Positions 62,465 to 64,000 of a stretch of 64,000 bases of DNA are shown in pieces (position 1 is the first letter of the stretch; every line of letters starts with the position of its first letter). The position numbers and the translations under genes were made by a program. This DNA is from Mobula birostris (lineage: Eukaryota), in contig NC_092378.1 of the NCBI RefSeq assembly GCF_030028105.1, positions 102,351,731 through 102,415,730 on the forward strand, given 5' to 3'. A model generated the notes under the pieces. It was not told the origin of the DNA. It did not search any database and saw only the letters and a list, made by a program, of their open reading frames with translations.

Positions 62465-64000
62465 CAGCGGGCCTAGAAAGTTGGTGAACTCTGCAGAATT
62501 TTCTCTATTTCTGCATAATATGACCTAAAATTGTGATCAGGTCTTCACGTAAGCCCTAAAACTAGATAAAGAGAACTCAATTAAATAAATAACACAAAAT
62601 CATTATATTTGTTCATTTCTTTATTAAGAAAAAAAGATCCAATATTACATTTATTTGTTGGGAAAGGTATGTGAACCTCTGGGGTAATGCCTTCCACAAA
62701 AGCTATTTGGAGTCAGGTGTACCGATCAATGAGATGAGATTGGAGGTGTGGGTTGTAAAGGTGCCCTGCCCTATAAAAAAAGACACACAAAGTCAGGTTA
62801 CTGACAGGGCCTGCTCTTCTCAAGAAAGATCCGTTTATGTGCACCATGCCTTGATCAAAACAACTTTCAGAGGATCTTAGGAGAAGAATTGTAGAGGTGC
62901 ACTAAGCTGGAAAAGACTACAAGAGCATTTCTAGAGACCTGAATGCTCATCAGTCCACAGTAAGAGAAATTGTCTACAAATGGGGGAAACTCAGTACTGT
63001 TGCTACTCTCCCTAGGAGTGGGCATCTTGCAAAGACCACACCAAGAGCACAGTGTGCAATGCTGAAGGAGGTGAAAAAGAACCCAAGGGTAATAACAAAA
63101 GACCTGCAGAAATTTCTAGAACTTGCTAGTCTTTGTTCATATGTCCACTGTGGGAAAAACACTGAATAAGAATGGTGTTCATGGAAGGACATCCGGTAGG
63201 AAACCATAGCTCTCCAAAAAAAAAGTTTGTAAAAGACCACCTGGATGTTTTATAATGTTTCTGGGACAGTCTGAACAAATGAGACAAAAGTTTAAATTTT
63301 TGGCAGAAATGTGCATTGCTATGTTTGGAGGAAAAGCGGCACTGCACACCAACACCAAAACCTCAGCCCAACTATGAAGCATGGGGGAAGGAGCATCATA
63401 GTTTGGGGCTGCTTTGCTGCCTCGGAGCCTAGACAACCTGCAATTGTTGAGGAAACAGTGAATTCAAAATTATATCAAAGCATTTTACAGGAGAATGTCA
63501 GGGTAGCAGTCCATCACCTGAAGCTTAATGGAAGTTGGATAATGGAACAAGGCAATGATCTGAAACACGTGAGTAAATCCACAACAGGATAGTTTAAAAA
63601 GAAGAAAATCTGTGTTTTGGATTGGCTGAGTCAAAATCTTAACCTTAATCCTATAGAAATGTTGTGGAAGGACCTGAAGCAAGTAGTTTACGCAAGGGAG
63701 CCCACCAACATCCCAGAGTTGAAGTAGTTTTGTAAGGAGGCATGACCTAAAATTACTCCAAGCCGATGTGCAGAACTAATCAACATTTACCAGAAATGTT
63801 GGGTTGAAGTTATTGATGTACAAGGCTCACATACTTTTCCAAACAAATACATCTAATATTGGATAATTTTTCTCAATAAATAAATAAACAAGTTTTTTTT
63901 GTTATTTATTTAATTGGTTCTCTTTATCTAGTTTTAGGACTTGCATGAAGATCTGATCACAATTAGGTCATACTTATGCAGAAATAGAGAACTTTCTAGC
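62465..64000 (+). mobile_element. Tc1/mariner DNA transposon with long IR/DR-type TIRs and a dead transposase; the right TIR runs off the window
   Basis: TA|CAG start at 62463-62467. 62490-62675 is the reverse complement of about 63826-63998. The transposase starts at 62846 (MP*SKQLSEDLRRRIVE) and includes PTMKHGGRSIIVWGCFA, QGNDLKH and NLNPIEMLW. Confidence 0.93.

Overview
Vertebrate genomic DNA, most likely from a cartilaginous fish (ray or shark), judged from its repeat content: CR1 LINEs, V-SINE/HE1-like SINEs, a Deu-domain SINE, and Penelope-like, Rex1, RTE, Tx1, Gypsy, hAT and Tc1 elements. The only host coding exon I can support is the terminal catalytic exon of a heparan sulfate 3-O-sulfotransferase, most like HS3ST4 (+, 55820-56462). 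Bases 1-55819 are therefore probably the distal part of its long intron, and the rest is 3' UTR and downstream DNA. The most unusual feature is at about 4104-4525, inside a Gypsy > CR1 > RTE nest. There, a ~177-bp GC-rich piece of a ZFTRAF1/CYHR1-like coding sequence is circularly permuted (CTVCLDLPKAS precedes ...RLEERLYSVL), as if one round of a small circular template had been copied into an RTE 3' end. Also present are hammerhead-ribozyme cores in Penelope-type repeats, a rearranged inverted Penelope element, and a hAT-like element with a 6-bp TSD and a duplicated TIR. All family assignments come from motif recall without database searches, and repeat boundaries are approximate.
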